Shown here: piece after piece, positions 11,113-21,269 of the stretch
Numbering within the stretch: the stretch's first letter is position 1
How the letters are laid out: every line of letters begins with the position of its first letter
Assembly (NCBI GenBank): GCA_965645245.1
Contig: OZ287080.1
Location: 1-64,000 of the forward strand
Origin: Massalongia carnosa
Taxonomy: Eukaryota
Reading direction: 5' to 3'
DNA length: 64,000 nucleotides
Translations under genes and position numbers: made by a program
Notes under the pieces: generated by a model
The model's input: only the letters and a program-made list of their open reading frames with translations
What the model was told of the DNA's origin: nothing
Database searches by the model: none

Positions 11113-12118
11113 TCAAATTGAATAGTGAGGCCTGGGACGTCTGAAAGTATAGCTGAAACGCGTTTGATGACCATCTTCCGAGTCTCTGAATACTCTCATC
11201 CAGCATCCCGTGGTCGGCGGCGTGTTGTGCTGCTCCTTTTCTGAAGCTGTATCCCGAGTATGCCGAGTCGTTGATGCCGGCGGCTATCAGTCTCTTTTTC
11301 AGGGATGCTATGACGGAGGCTCTGGTGAATGCGGTGCCGAGACGAAAAAGCGGGGATGTAGATGGCTGAGGATCATTTCTGAAAAGACGCCGTAGTGCTG
11401 TCACGGGGCAAGTGCTCTCATTGGTCGCTGCCAGCACTATCTGAACTCCTGAGTGATTTGTGTCTGTTTTGCTTCTTTTGAGACGTAATGTCGCGTATTG
11501 ATCGTTCTCGGCGAATGAGATGTCACCTCGTGTAGGTTTCAATCTCTGAAAAGATGTCTTCTGACGATCGGCGACAGTGTAGGTGATTTCCCCGAGTCTG
11601 AGGAACCCTGCCCATGCAACTTTGAATGTCGCGTCGATGTTGAGGTCTTCGGCCGAATGAGCGGGAATACTGGTGATTTTTGTCAGTAATTCTTTTGAAA
11701 TTGGTAGGCGTCTTCTTTTTGTCTGAGAAAAGATCCTTTTTCCCCCTTTCAGCATCAATTGAAGTCTCGGCCCCTCGAATGGGGTGAGGCCGTATCCTCG
11801 GTCTACATGGTATGATTTGAGGCCGGCGAGGTAGCTCGCTGCCGTCTCTGGTTTTATCTTTCCCTGCTTGGGTGTGCCGCCCCCGTATAGTCGACCGGCT
11901 AGCCATTCCTCGAGGGACTCGGTTGTTGCAGGCCACGACGTGCGTCCCGTCGTCGCGCAGAATGCCTCGTATGAGTCGATCGCCGTCCCGTACCCTTTTC
12001 TCGTGTCCGCCGAGTGTCCGTGCCAGACGAGGCGTTTTACCAGGGTTGACCCTGGTGTGGAGGATAGGTAGGTGGAGGGAGGTTGACCGAATTGTATGGG
12101 TTCTGCCAATGAGGGCAA
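11105..12118 (-). CDS. Tyrosine recombinase of Ngaro-like element
   Basis: AGFLRLGE, LKRSKTD, YSGYSFRKGAA and LGRWSSNAFQLY motifs. Confidence 0.92.
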   Translation of the reverse strand: MPSLAEPIQFGQPPSTYLSSTPGSTLVKRLVWHGHSADTRKGYGTAIDSYEAFCATTGRTSWPATTESLEEWLAGRLYGGGTPKQGKIKPETAASYLAGLKSYHVDRGYGLTPFEGPRLQLMLKGGKRIFSQTKRRRLPISKELLTKITSIPAHSAEDLNIDATFKVAWAGFLRLGEITYTVADRQKTSFQRLKPTRGDISFAENDQYATLRLKRSKTDTNHSGVQIVLAATNESTCPVTALRRLFRNDPQPSTSPLFRLGTAFTRASVIASLKKRLIAAGINDSAYSGYSFRKGAAQHAADHGMLDESIQRLGRWSSNAFQLYFQTSQASLFNLKP

Positions 12119-14121
12119 AAGTTAGCCAATCTTTCATCATCAAAACGTGACAGGGCGTCTGCTAGTCCATTGGAAGTGCCACTGATCCATTGACAACGTA
12201 GTACGATGTCCCACTTTGCAGCTATGGACAGTATTTCTCGTAGAGGCGCGTTGGCCGGTCCCTTGAGGGTTAGAGTCGTGAATCCTGTGTATGCTGTGTT
12301 GCTGTCGGTAAAGACAAGGATCTGTCGATGTCGCCATGTCGGCGCCCATTTCTGAAGGATTAGAAGGATAGCCTCGACTTCTCGGACGTTTATGCTCGGT
12401 GATTCTTCCTGATTGAGGACTAGGACTCGGGCCCTACATGCGTTTTTTTGATTCACGAGCTCGTTGTCTTGTTGAAAATAGCCTCCGAGACCCGTGAGGC
12501 ATGCATCCGTATGCACCTTGATCGTGTCTCGTGTTGACGTCTCGAAGAAGACAATACCGTTGAAGTCCACTAAAAGTTTGTTCCACCAGATGAGATCCTG
12601 TCTGACCCATGTGGGAATTCTTCTTTTGACCCGACGATGACTGCCCGAGGGAAATGAGGCTATAAAATTCCAGAATAATCGTAAGAAGACTCGGCCCAAT
12701 TTGACTGCCTGTGCGCAGAAGCTTAGGAAGCCCGCTATTGACTGCATGTCGCCGAGGCTGATTGTCGTCTCGTTTAGTGCCTTTGTAGTGATGATTCTCG
12801 CTTTTTCCAGCTTGTCCGCTGGCAGACGAATAAGACTGTTGATGGTGTCGACCTCGAGTCCGAAGACTGTCGCTGTCGTTCCCTCGGCGTCTTTTGAGTC
12901 GTTTCTCGGGATGCCGAGAATGTCGGTGAGAATGTTGTAGGCTTTTGTTTCTTGGTGCAATCGTTCTGACGATGTCTCGGATGGGAAAATTGCAACGAAG
13001 TCGTCTAGATAGTGATGTAATCTCCATTGTAGAAAGGATTCCAAAATCCAATGAAAGCCTTCCGCAAAAAGATTGAAGATGAACGGGGCCGTCGACAGTC
13101 CAAACGAAAGGCATGTCTCGGTGTAGAATTCGTCATTCCATCCGAAACCCAGAAACCATTGATGATGAGGTGCGACGGGAACGTTTCGAAAGGCGTCTTT
13201 GACGTCTCTTTTCACTGTGACAGCACCTTTGCCCTCTGACAGAATCAATTGAATAATGTCGTCGAGTCTGGCGTATTGTAATTTGGATGCCTCTTCTGGA
13301 ATGTTGTCGTTGACTGATGTTTGATTGGGATGAGACAGATGATGAATGCGTCGCCATCCTCCGTCATGTTTCGGGACCAAGCCGAGGGGGGAGGCCACAA
13401 ATAGCTGACTCGGGGCGGCTATTCGTCTGACTCGGCCATTCCTGAGGTCCTCTTGAAGCATATTCTCGATCGTTTCCGGGTCCTCATTCGCTGATGTCAG
13501 ATTTTTTTCGATCCGAAGGATGTCTGTGGGGCCTTCGTATCCGATTTGTACTCCGAAACGAAGGATCATGGGTAGATGGACTCGGAGGGGGCCCGGATAC
13601 TCTTGAAGTAGGGTTGCCCATGCGGACGGTACGAGGGGAGATGGGCTGTCTTTCAAACGCTGACGAGATGCGTCTACGAGTTGAAACGAAGGGATTGTAT
13701 TTGGTCTGATTGGTGCAGGTAAGCAGGGATGGGACGTCATGAATTCAGCTATTGAAGCTATTCTACTGCCTCCTGCACCAACCCCTATTTCTTCGTTGGG
13801 CATGTCTTCTGGCCATGCCCAGCCGCGCCGCACGATTTGCATTTGTGCTGTCGGTAGCACGACGGCCAGGTGCAGGTGCCGCTGTTGTACTTGTCGCAGA
13901 TTTCCCCCGCTGCCTTCTCGGCCCTCTCGGCCCTGTCTCCTCTCGGGGTCGGTCGTCGGGACGGCGGGGATCGTGAGCGGCGACGGCGTAGGACTGTCAG
14001 GGGGGTGCAGAATCGAGCTTGGAATTCGTCGGGCATTTTCCATTGGGATGCGTCGGATGGCTGAGACGCGATGATGTGGGTGTGGGTTTCGATGGCGAGG
14101 GGGAGGACTGCTTCCTGCCAC
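12037..14121 (-). CDS. pol: Reverse transcriptase-RNaseH of Ngaro-like element (true start probably near 13740-13800)
   Basis: SPLGLVPKHDGGWRRIHHLS, DVKDAFR, LSFGLSTAPFIF, HYLDDF, TDAC, FTDS and NGLADALSR. Confidence 0.93.
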   Translation of the reverse strand: MAGSSPPPRHRNPHPHHRVSAIRRIPMENARRIPSSILHPPDSPTPSPLTIPAVPTTDPERRQGREGREGSGGNLRQVQQRHLHLAVVLPTAQMQIVRRGWAWPEDMPNEEIGVGAGGSRIASIAEFMTSHPCLPAPIRPNTIPSFQLVDASRQRLKDSPSPLVPSAWATLLQEYPGPLRVHLPMILRFGVQIGYEGPTDILRIEKNLTSANEDPETIENMLQEDLRNGRVRRIAAPSQLFVASPLGLVPKHDGGWRRIHHLSHPNQTSVNDNIPEEASKLQYARLDDIIQLILSEGKGAVTVKRDVKDAFRNVPVAPHHQWFLGFGWNDEFYTETCLSFGLSTAPFIFNLFAEGFHWILESFLQWRLHHYLDDFVAIFPSETSSERLHQETKAYNILTDILGIPRNDSKDAEGTTATVFGLEVDTINSLIRLPADKLEKARIITTKALNETTISLGDMQSIAGFLSFCAQAVKLGRVFLRLFWNFIASFPSGSHRRVKRRIPTWVRQDLIWWNKLLVDFNGIVFFETSTRDTIKVHTDACLTGLGGYFQQDNELVNQKNACRARVLVLNQEESPSINVREVEAILLILQKWAPTWRHRQILVFTDSNTAYTGFTTLTLKGPANAPLREILSIAAKWDIVLRCQWISGTSNGLADALSRFDDERLANFCPHWQNPYNSVNLPPPTYPPHQGQPW

Positions 14122-14822
14122 TCGTACACCTTGGCCAGCGTGAGGATTTTTCCGTGGAATGCCGACATGGTGGCGTGAAGCTGTTGACTCGATTTCCCGA
14201 AAAGACTGACCATGATCGAGGTGTAGTTGATGAAGCTCTCGGTCCAGACGTCATGAACTGTCTTTCCGAAATCTTTGTAGGTCCCGGATGCCTTTCTCAA
14301 CCTCAAGGCGCCGTCTTCGATGCCGATGCGGTCTTGATCCTTGTATGACTCGTATTGCATGCCGTGCATGTGTCGGAGGCGGGAGAGGTTGATGGCTTTG
14401 AATTTATTTGAAAAGATCTTGATGATCTCGTCCTGTGGTAGGCCCGCGAAACGGGGTGCTATGCTTCTTACTTCGAGAGGGGTCTCACCTAGGTCTTCGT
14501 CGTCATCGCCGACGACACGACTCGGCTTGCCAGCAGGAATGACGGCCGCTATTCGGGCGTCAGATTCTCGGCGCATGCAGTCGATTTCTAGCTGCATTTT
14601 TTCCACCTCCTTCTCGGCGACCAATGCCTTGGACTCGGCAATTCTAGCCTCAGCCTCGGCCGCCTTCGCTTCCGCCTCGGCTTTCTTCTTTTGTAGGGCG
14701 AAGATTTGATTGGATTGGGCCTGCGTCAATCCGACAATCTTCTGGGGGTCGGGGACTATGTCGTCCATCAAGGTGCTTTGGGAAAGGGTGTTCGTCATTG
14801 GGAGGTAGGGGCACCGAGACAA
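13785..14822 (-). CDS. gag: gag-like ORF1 of Ngaro-like element
   Basis: Coiled-coil N-terminus; C-terminal C..YN...C...C...H.C..C....H....C zinc finger; lies upstream of and overlaps RT. Confidence 0.8.
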   Translation of the reverse strand: MSRCPYLPMTNTLSQSTLMDDIVPDPQKIVGLTQAQSNQIFALQKKKAEAEAKAAEAEARIAESKALVAEKEVEKMQLEIDCMRRESDARIAAVIPAGKPSRVVGDDDEDLGETPLEVRSIAPRFAGLPQDEIIKIFSNKFKAINLSRLRHMHGMQYESYKDQDRIGIEDGALRLRKASGTYKDFGKTVHDVWTESFINYTSIMVSLFGKSSQQLHATMSAFHGKILTLAKVYEWQEAVLPLAIETHTHIIASQPSDASQWKMPDEFQARFCTPLTVLRRRRSRSPPSRRPTPRGDRAERAEKAAGEICDKYNSGTCTWPSCYRQHKCKSCGAAGHGQKTCPTKK

Positions 14823-15026
14823 CGTGAGGTCGACGACGAGTCAGTGAGATTGGAAAAGCAGCAAGCACTGACAGCGAGGTAGGGGCACCGAGACATCGTG
14901 GGGTCGACGACGAGTCAGTGAGATGGATGAGGCCGAGTGAGAAGAAGTAAATGATGAAAGAATTTTCAGAGGGTGATTCTTAATTTACTTTGACTCAGGG
15001 GCCTCACGTGACATAGAACCATCTCA

Positions 15027-15520
15027 ACTTTCGAGGCCTACCACATAATTTTTTCAATGACTCCGTAGAAGGCATGATCGAGGAAAAGTGAAGCTGAGCA
15101 GTCGAAGTTCTAGAGATGAGGAATTTAGGAAAAAACCCTAATTCGGTTAGCGCGGTAGGTGACACGAGAAAAGAACGGCGGCTAAGAATGTAAAATCAAT
15201 GACAGGTCTAAGTTACTCATCGCATGATCTCATCGCATGATCACATTATTCACATCATCGCATGATCGATCACTTCTCGTAGTTAGGATTAGGATTCGCA
15301 TGAGAAATACAGGAAAAAACCCGAATTCGGTTAGCGCGCTATGGTGCTCCGGCAGAATCAAGTGACATTACTTCTCCTCTTTGAATTATCACAACGCAAC
15401 CAATAACGCTTACAATGGTTAACGACGGAATGAGAATGATGATTGAAGTCCTTGCCGATCGATTGCGCCGAAAAAATCCACCACTTGTGTTCTAACCTTC
15501 ACCCCGGATTCCGACATCAT
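15027..15520 (-). mobile_element. 5' end of unclassified element copy B, inserted into the ORF of copy C
   Basis: Direct repeat of 6638-7126; interrupts copy C at WYDKY|. Confidence 0.85.
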
Positions 15521-18500
15521 ATACTTATCATACCAGGACTTTGCCTGGTTGAAACGGACGTAGAAGTCCCGGAGATCTTTGACTGCCCTCCACCTCCGTT
15601 TGTTTTCCTCGTGCATGAGCATGTTTCCTACCAGGATGTTCTCACCATGCGGTGCTGCTAGCCTCCATGTCGCCCAGTCGAACTTGGGGAGGAACCAGCC
15701 AATTCCGCAGCGCTCGATGGTCTTCTTCATCCCGAGACCCTCTTTGACGAGGACCTTCTGGCCACGCATCTGCTGCCAGTGATCCTTGAAAAGGAGCGAT
15801 TCTCGCTCGAGTAAATTACTGCCGTAGCAGAACCGGAGTACTCGCAGTGCAACGACCATCACGATCGTCTCAGGTAAGGAATAGGTCTTCGCTGTGTTGG
15901 CCAGGGTGTGCTCGAAGAGAAAGCAGTACTTATTGATCTGGGCATAGAGGAAGGCGAGAAGGTCACGCGTGGGGATAATATAATACGGCAACGGAGACCG
16001 TCTATCGTCGATATCGTCGGCATCGTAGAGGTCCCATTGCCACCATTGCTCATAGATCTCCTCCATCATGGTCAGAGAAATCCGATGCTCTTCTCTCGTG
16101 CCGTACGATCTCTAGCGGTTGTCGAGGAGATTTGCATAGTCCCGCTTCTAACCATGCAGGTAGGCAAATTCGCACACGCCCTTGGAGAAGATAACGGAAC
16201 TACCCTCTTATTGCAGAGACCTTTCATATCCGGGATCTAGTGCGAGGTTTTCTACCGAGTCGTTGTCAAAGACGTACACCTTCGTCGAGTCAAAAGGCGT
16301 CTTGATCAGCGCATAGAACTGGGAATATATCAGTCCATCTCGGCATTCAACTCCCTGCGGTGCAGCGAAGAATGTTTGGCCTACTGTATCTCGCATAGTG
16401 GCCCAAGGATATACGGTAGGTTTTAGGTTCCCTTTTGCTTTGCTACCATCTGGATTAAGAGTTGTGCGGGTCCTAGAGTATGCGTAAAGGCAGCACTTCC
16501 TCCACAGGAACGTTTCAGCCTCGTGATCGTCGGGGATCTGGTCATACGACAATGCAGAATCCTCAGATGTGGTCTGCTTTGCCAGGTCGACATACGTACG
16601 ATCCTTATTGTATAAATCCGGATCGGTTGCCTCCGACCAGCGCCATTCCCACATATTATATGCATCGGTCAAGCCAGGCCTGCTGAACTCGAGCTTGGTG
16701 TTCTTGTCGTGTGTGAAGAGCGTCGCACCTTGGAATCGATGGAAGCCTGGATTCTCCTCGATGGTCTCCTGGATGGCCGTCCAGAGTAGGTCAAGGTACT
16801 TTGGCTGTATGGCGTGCTTGAGAAGCTGCTCACGCGCAGACTCTTTCCGTGCGAGGCCTTCGGAAGAGACAGCAGTAGCGTCCAGGCTGGCGACACGAGA
16901 AGACGCAGGATAGTGTAGCAGGATATTGGAAGATCCAACGACCTTGGTGACTGAAGGAAGTACAATAGCATCCGTCCAGAGCTGCTGGTCATGCTTGCTC
17001 AGGTAGGTAGAGTGCTCATAGTCACTCTCTTCATAAAGCGCAGGAAAGAAGACGAATACAAGAAGCTCGCTCATTCCAATCACGCTACCAAAGCAGTAGT
17101 GCGGAACCTTGTGCAGCGGAGCATATCTCTCAGACGGCCTGCCATTGGCCGTGTATCCGCGGACCTTCAGGCCAAAATTAATGTCCGCCGTAAGGTTGAG
17201 GAAAGGGTGGACTCTAGGAAACCAGTCGACACCTCGGCGTGCGAATCCAAGGCTGGTTGGGAAACAACATGTGCTGTCAATATCGAACGCAACCCTAGGA
17301 CGGCGGTTCTTACGGCTGGCTATATGGTGCTGGTTGAGACAGAGGTTACGGGGGAGTTCCTGCTCCCTTGCCTCAGCATCTCCCAAAGCTGCTTTTACAC
17401 TAGTGCCCTCGAACGCAGCCTGGCAGTCGGCGCCAGGGATATCGGTAGCCCTCATGAGCTTGCTGTTACTGAAGACATCCGGCAGTGGCCTTCCTCCGGC
17501 ATGGCTCCCCCGAAGCATCGAGGTAATCCCCGGAATAGAGAAGCACTCTGAATGTACATCGGGGCGTTGGTGATGTGCCTGGTGCTTGCGTTCTGCCTCT
17601 GCATGTTCCTCGTGTGTACAGCCCTGAAATTTCCGGAGCTGCTTGGCTAGCTGTAAAGCCGTCCGCTCTGGTAGAGGAGAATCAGTATTCGTAGGATCTA
17701 AGCCGTCATGTAATACCCTAGGTCTGGCTGGCGTGGGCACCTCGCCAGGGATTGGGTCAGCCGCCAAGGGGGGGGTTGTAGGCAGTGCCTCCGCTTGCTC
17801 ACGCCCGTATAGTGGCTGAGGCAAAGGCAAAAGCGAAGGAAAGCTGGGGGGTAGGCATCGAGTCGCCGGGGGATGCTTGGCAGTAGTGTCTAAGCCTGGC
17901 CTTACCCATGATAAGAGGGTGTTTTTCTGCGCCGGAAAAGACGCGCTCTTACTCCGTCGGCTTTGTTTTCCACTTGATGCAGACTGAGGGGTTATGCTAT
18001 TGCTGTTGTCATTGCTGCGGGGCGCATTCTGCTGTGATCTCTGCAACTTTATTGTAGATCTATTAGGTTCCCGGGCTTTGCTAAGCTCTTGTTGTACGCC
18101 CAAATCAAAATTCTCAAACTCCTAGAGGATGTAATCAGAATCATGTGACTTTGTCTCAATCCTCGCCCGTCCGCTGCCGTGTAGTACATTCGGGGTGTTC
18201 ATAGCTTCCGAGTCGCCAGTCGCCATTGCCTTTACTCGCGCTGCAATTTCGGCATCATACTCTTCCTCTTCGCCGTCGCCGGCTTGCTCGTCGATTTGTA
18301 TCTGCTTGATACGTCCTATAACTTCTGCCTCTTCCGGCGTGCTTGGTAGGCAAAGCCTGTGACATGGGCTGGGCAGTTGTGATAATCGAGAATCGGGTAC
18401 TCTGTTATTATGTTCTCACCAGAGTCAGGCGGGATTCAAATATCCAGACTTATTCGGAGCCCAATCTCGGGCCGCGTGCTGGCAGGAGCTCCGGACGATA

Positions 18501-18646
18501 TTGATCGCTCGAACGTGATGAAGTCGGCTGGACCTGGAGGATGAAGTCAGTGGCGCCTCTTACAGTTAGTGTTTGCTCTTCCCACTTTCTCGCTACAGTA
18601 TATTATCTGCGCCGCCCGCCACGCTGCTTCGAAGGTATTACTGCAT
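15521..18646 (-). pseudogene. Large ORF of unknown function (unclassified element, copy C), diverged paralogue of 2064-6686, 3'-truncated
   Basis: Shared blocks FDIDSTCCFP, PLHK.(P/S)HYCFG, D(L/I)AKQ, FLW.KCCL, WATMRDT, REEHRIS and ESLLFKD.W; the N-terminal GPADFITFE...IGLRIS matches GSADFVAYE...IGLRSS of copy A. Confidence 0.87.
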
Positions 18647-18727
18647 TATCCGGGGCAAGTACTGTATTAGGATAGATGGATTATCTATAAGAGAGGGTCG
18701 GGCCAATGTAAATAAAGCACCGACAGG

Positions 18728-19017
18728 AGATGTCCCGAAAACCTCGATTTGGCAAAGCGTATCGAGCCCTCTTCTAGTAACCACATATCTTTGTGTAACT
18801 CCCGCGAAAAAATCATCTATAGGTATAGAAACTACGGATATTGATAGTGCGTCTTCTTATGACTATATCCTATATACGAACCTTCTTTATATCTCTTAAC
18901 TCTGGTTGCCTGGGTACCTCTCTGACGTCGTGTCCCGAAAACCTCGATTCGGAAAGCGGTAAGTATTCTGCCTCTCTGACGTCATGTCCCGAAAACCCCG
19001 ATTCGGAAAGCGGGGAG
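18728..19017 (+). repeat. Three subterminal repeats TGTCCCGAAAACCYCGATTYGG.AAGCG upstream of copy C
   Basis: Copies near 18731, 18931 and 18985; resemble the AAAACCC..TTCGGTTAGCG repeats of copies A and B. Confidence 0.8.
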
Positions 19018-19214
19018 AATTCTGCCACCCCACGATTGCCGCTTTCGGTAATCCCACCTCGAACACTACCCCCTTCGGCGCCTTATATCTCCTACCACGA
19101 TGCTCGCACGACAAGATGAGGTAGAGCGCTGACCTGATAAGATCGTTCCCGATCGTTTCCCCGAAAAAAATCTCTAAAGTCCATCCTGACCCTAAGGCCC
19201 ATTTTCCCATTCAT

Positions 19215-21240
19215 ATTGCCCGCTGAGCAAGTGGTTTCTGAACGTGATACCACCAGGCTCAGAGCTAAACATATCAATTAGAAGGAGATGACAGCGATTC
19301 TGTACGCCATACGGCGGTGGCTCCGCATGTGCAAGGGAGCTCATCTCCTTCTCTATTGCGACAGCTTTGCTGTAATGTCCGTGGTCAAAAAGACCTCCAT
19401 TCGGGGCGGGGCCATGAATCCCCTCCGGAATATCGCCATGATGGCGGCAATATATGACATTGAGATTGCACAACACTGGCTGTCTACCAAAGAAAATTTC
19501 TTAGCAGATTGGTTGTCCCGAGGACTATTTGGAAAAATCGCTGACAATTACCCCAACCTGCAGGGCATTTCATCGAAAAAATAACGGCGTCACTCGCCCG
19601 CGACCCTCCAGAGACTTGGTATAACGAGGTTCCGCTGGATCGCCGAGCAGCCAGATATTTATGGTGGGGCATAGAAATTAGGATTCGAGGGCTATACTAT
19701 TCAGCCCGGAAAAGCTACACGACCCACTGTCAATTAGCAACGAATTTCCCTCCCTTTCCAGCGACAATTCGAAGCCTTTCGGCATGGACAGCCGCCATGG
19801 GTCAGCGAGGGCTCCGCCCTAAAACCATCAAAACTATTTAGCTGGAGTACGATCGTGTAATAGGGTAGGCCTAGTATGCGTTCGTTGAACGTAAGACTGG
19901 CCTATGCGGCTATGTGGGATACGTACAGCCAAAACAACCACCAAGACAATAAGGTCCCGCCTAACCAAGTTAGGCATAGTGTGGGGACTTAACTTATTAT
20001 GGAGATGTTTTCGTAGTACACGAATTATCCCCTCGCCTCGCCTCACCTCCCCTAGCTCGCCTGCCTAGTCTTATCTACCAGTGTCTTTCGGCGAAGTATT
20101 TCGGAGACCGAAAATACTAGGTAGTATGGGCAAGGTACGGAAGAAGAGCTTAGGTTGTGGATTGTCCTATCCTATATAGATCTATGATCAAGCACTTCAA
20201 AAGGGTAGCATTTAGTCTACCCTTTGACCCGACCCTACCTATTTGGTACCTCTATTTTGACCATCACGTTGTGTAGCCCCTGTGGATCCCATCTTCCAGT
20301 AGTGAATGCCTGCTGGGAGAAGGTCTCCCCGTTTCAGATCGAGCCAATTGGACATGTACCTAGGGGACCTGGAGGTTATTCACCATCCAGTCCTAGACAG
20401 AATAATTGCGGGAATAAAACGAATGCACGGTAAACCAGAAAGACGACAAAGGCTACCAATCACACGCAGCATTTTGATAAAATTGCTACGGAAACTAGAC
20501 ACTACTAACGAGGTCCAGGCAACACTTCATGCGGCATAGAACTTCGCATTCGCCGCCTTCTTAAGAGCGGGAGAATTTACCTACAAACAGGGAGAAATGC
20601 CAGACTCCAGCTTCGATTCATGGCATTTACTAAGAAATCGGTGGATCTACAGGCGGATCGAATAATTCTTTCCCTACCGTCATCCAAGACGGATCCCTTT
20701 CGAAGGGGTAGAAAAATATATATCGCAGCAACATACCACGAAGCATGCTCGATCACCTCCATTCGGAACTTGTTTACCCGATTCCCGAAACCAGCATCGT
20801 CCCATTGTTCCAGGTTCAGGTCAAGGCCTTCACTCGTGAATATTTAGTGCAGGCCCTACGGAGTGGCCTCCGGGCAGTTGTCGTCCGAGGGAATTACTCG
20901 GGTCATTCGTTTCGAATGGGTGCAGCAACAACGGCCAAGAACTCGGGCTTGCTGGAGGAAGATATTCAGAACTTGGGCCGATGGAAATCAGACTCGTATC
21001 AATTGTATATTCAGACACACCCGGACCAATTAATAGCGACTTCCCTTCGGTTTCAACGACCCCCCGCCAAGTTCCGAACCGCACCACCGTAGGTGGGCCA
21101 TTCCCTGCTTGGGGTTGGGAGTTTTTCCCCTCACTACTGCCCAAACAAAGCCATTATAGGAGGGGCCCTCAGCAAAACTGAGCGCCAGCAGGGCAGCAGC
21201 GAGGAGAGTTACACAAACATAGATAGAAATTATATATATT
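19215..21240 (+). mobile_element. Degenerate Ngaro-like element fragment: RNaseH end and tyrosine recombinase, split by a solo LTR
   Basis: EMTAIL, LYCDS and ENFLADWLSRG; FLRAGEFT, SKTDPFRRG, SGHSFRMGAAT and LGRWKSDSYQLY; close to the element at 48440-52590. Right boundary approximate. Confidence 0.88.
19856..20336. mobile_element. Solo LTR (481 bp), TSD GATCG
   Basis: TGTAATAGGG...CCCCGTTTCA; GATCG at 19851-19855 and 20337-20341; removal restores GVRS|SQLDM of the YR gene. Confidence 0.9.
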
Positions 21241-21269
21241 CCGCTGACACGATGGAGCCCGCGGATTAC

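Larger units (their letters stand above)
11111..15026 (-). mobile_element. Tyrosine-recombinase retrotransposon (DIRS order, Ngaro-like), 3' end lost
   Basis: Overlapping gag, RT/RNaseH and YR ORFs; a ~50-bp direct repeat in the 5' leader (about 14802-14850 and 14876-14924). Confidence 0.9.

Noticed and set aside
11105..12118. YR genes as Starship captains or Cryptons
   Set aside because: Each is directly linked to RT/RNaseH in DIRS/Ngaro order.
6638..15520. One LTR retrotransposon bounded by the ~490-bp direct repeats
   Set aside because: The repeats include the start of the unknown ORF, lack a TG start and TSD, and the interior is a mosaic.
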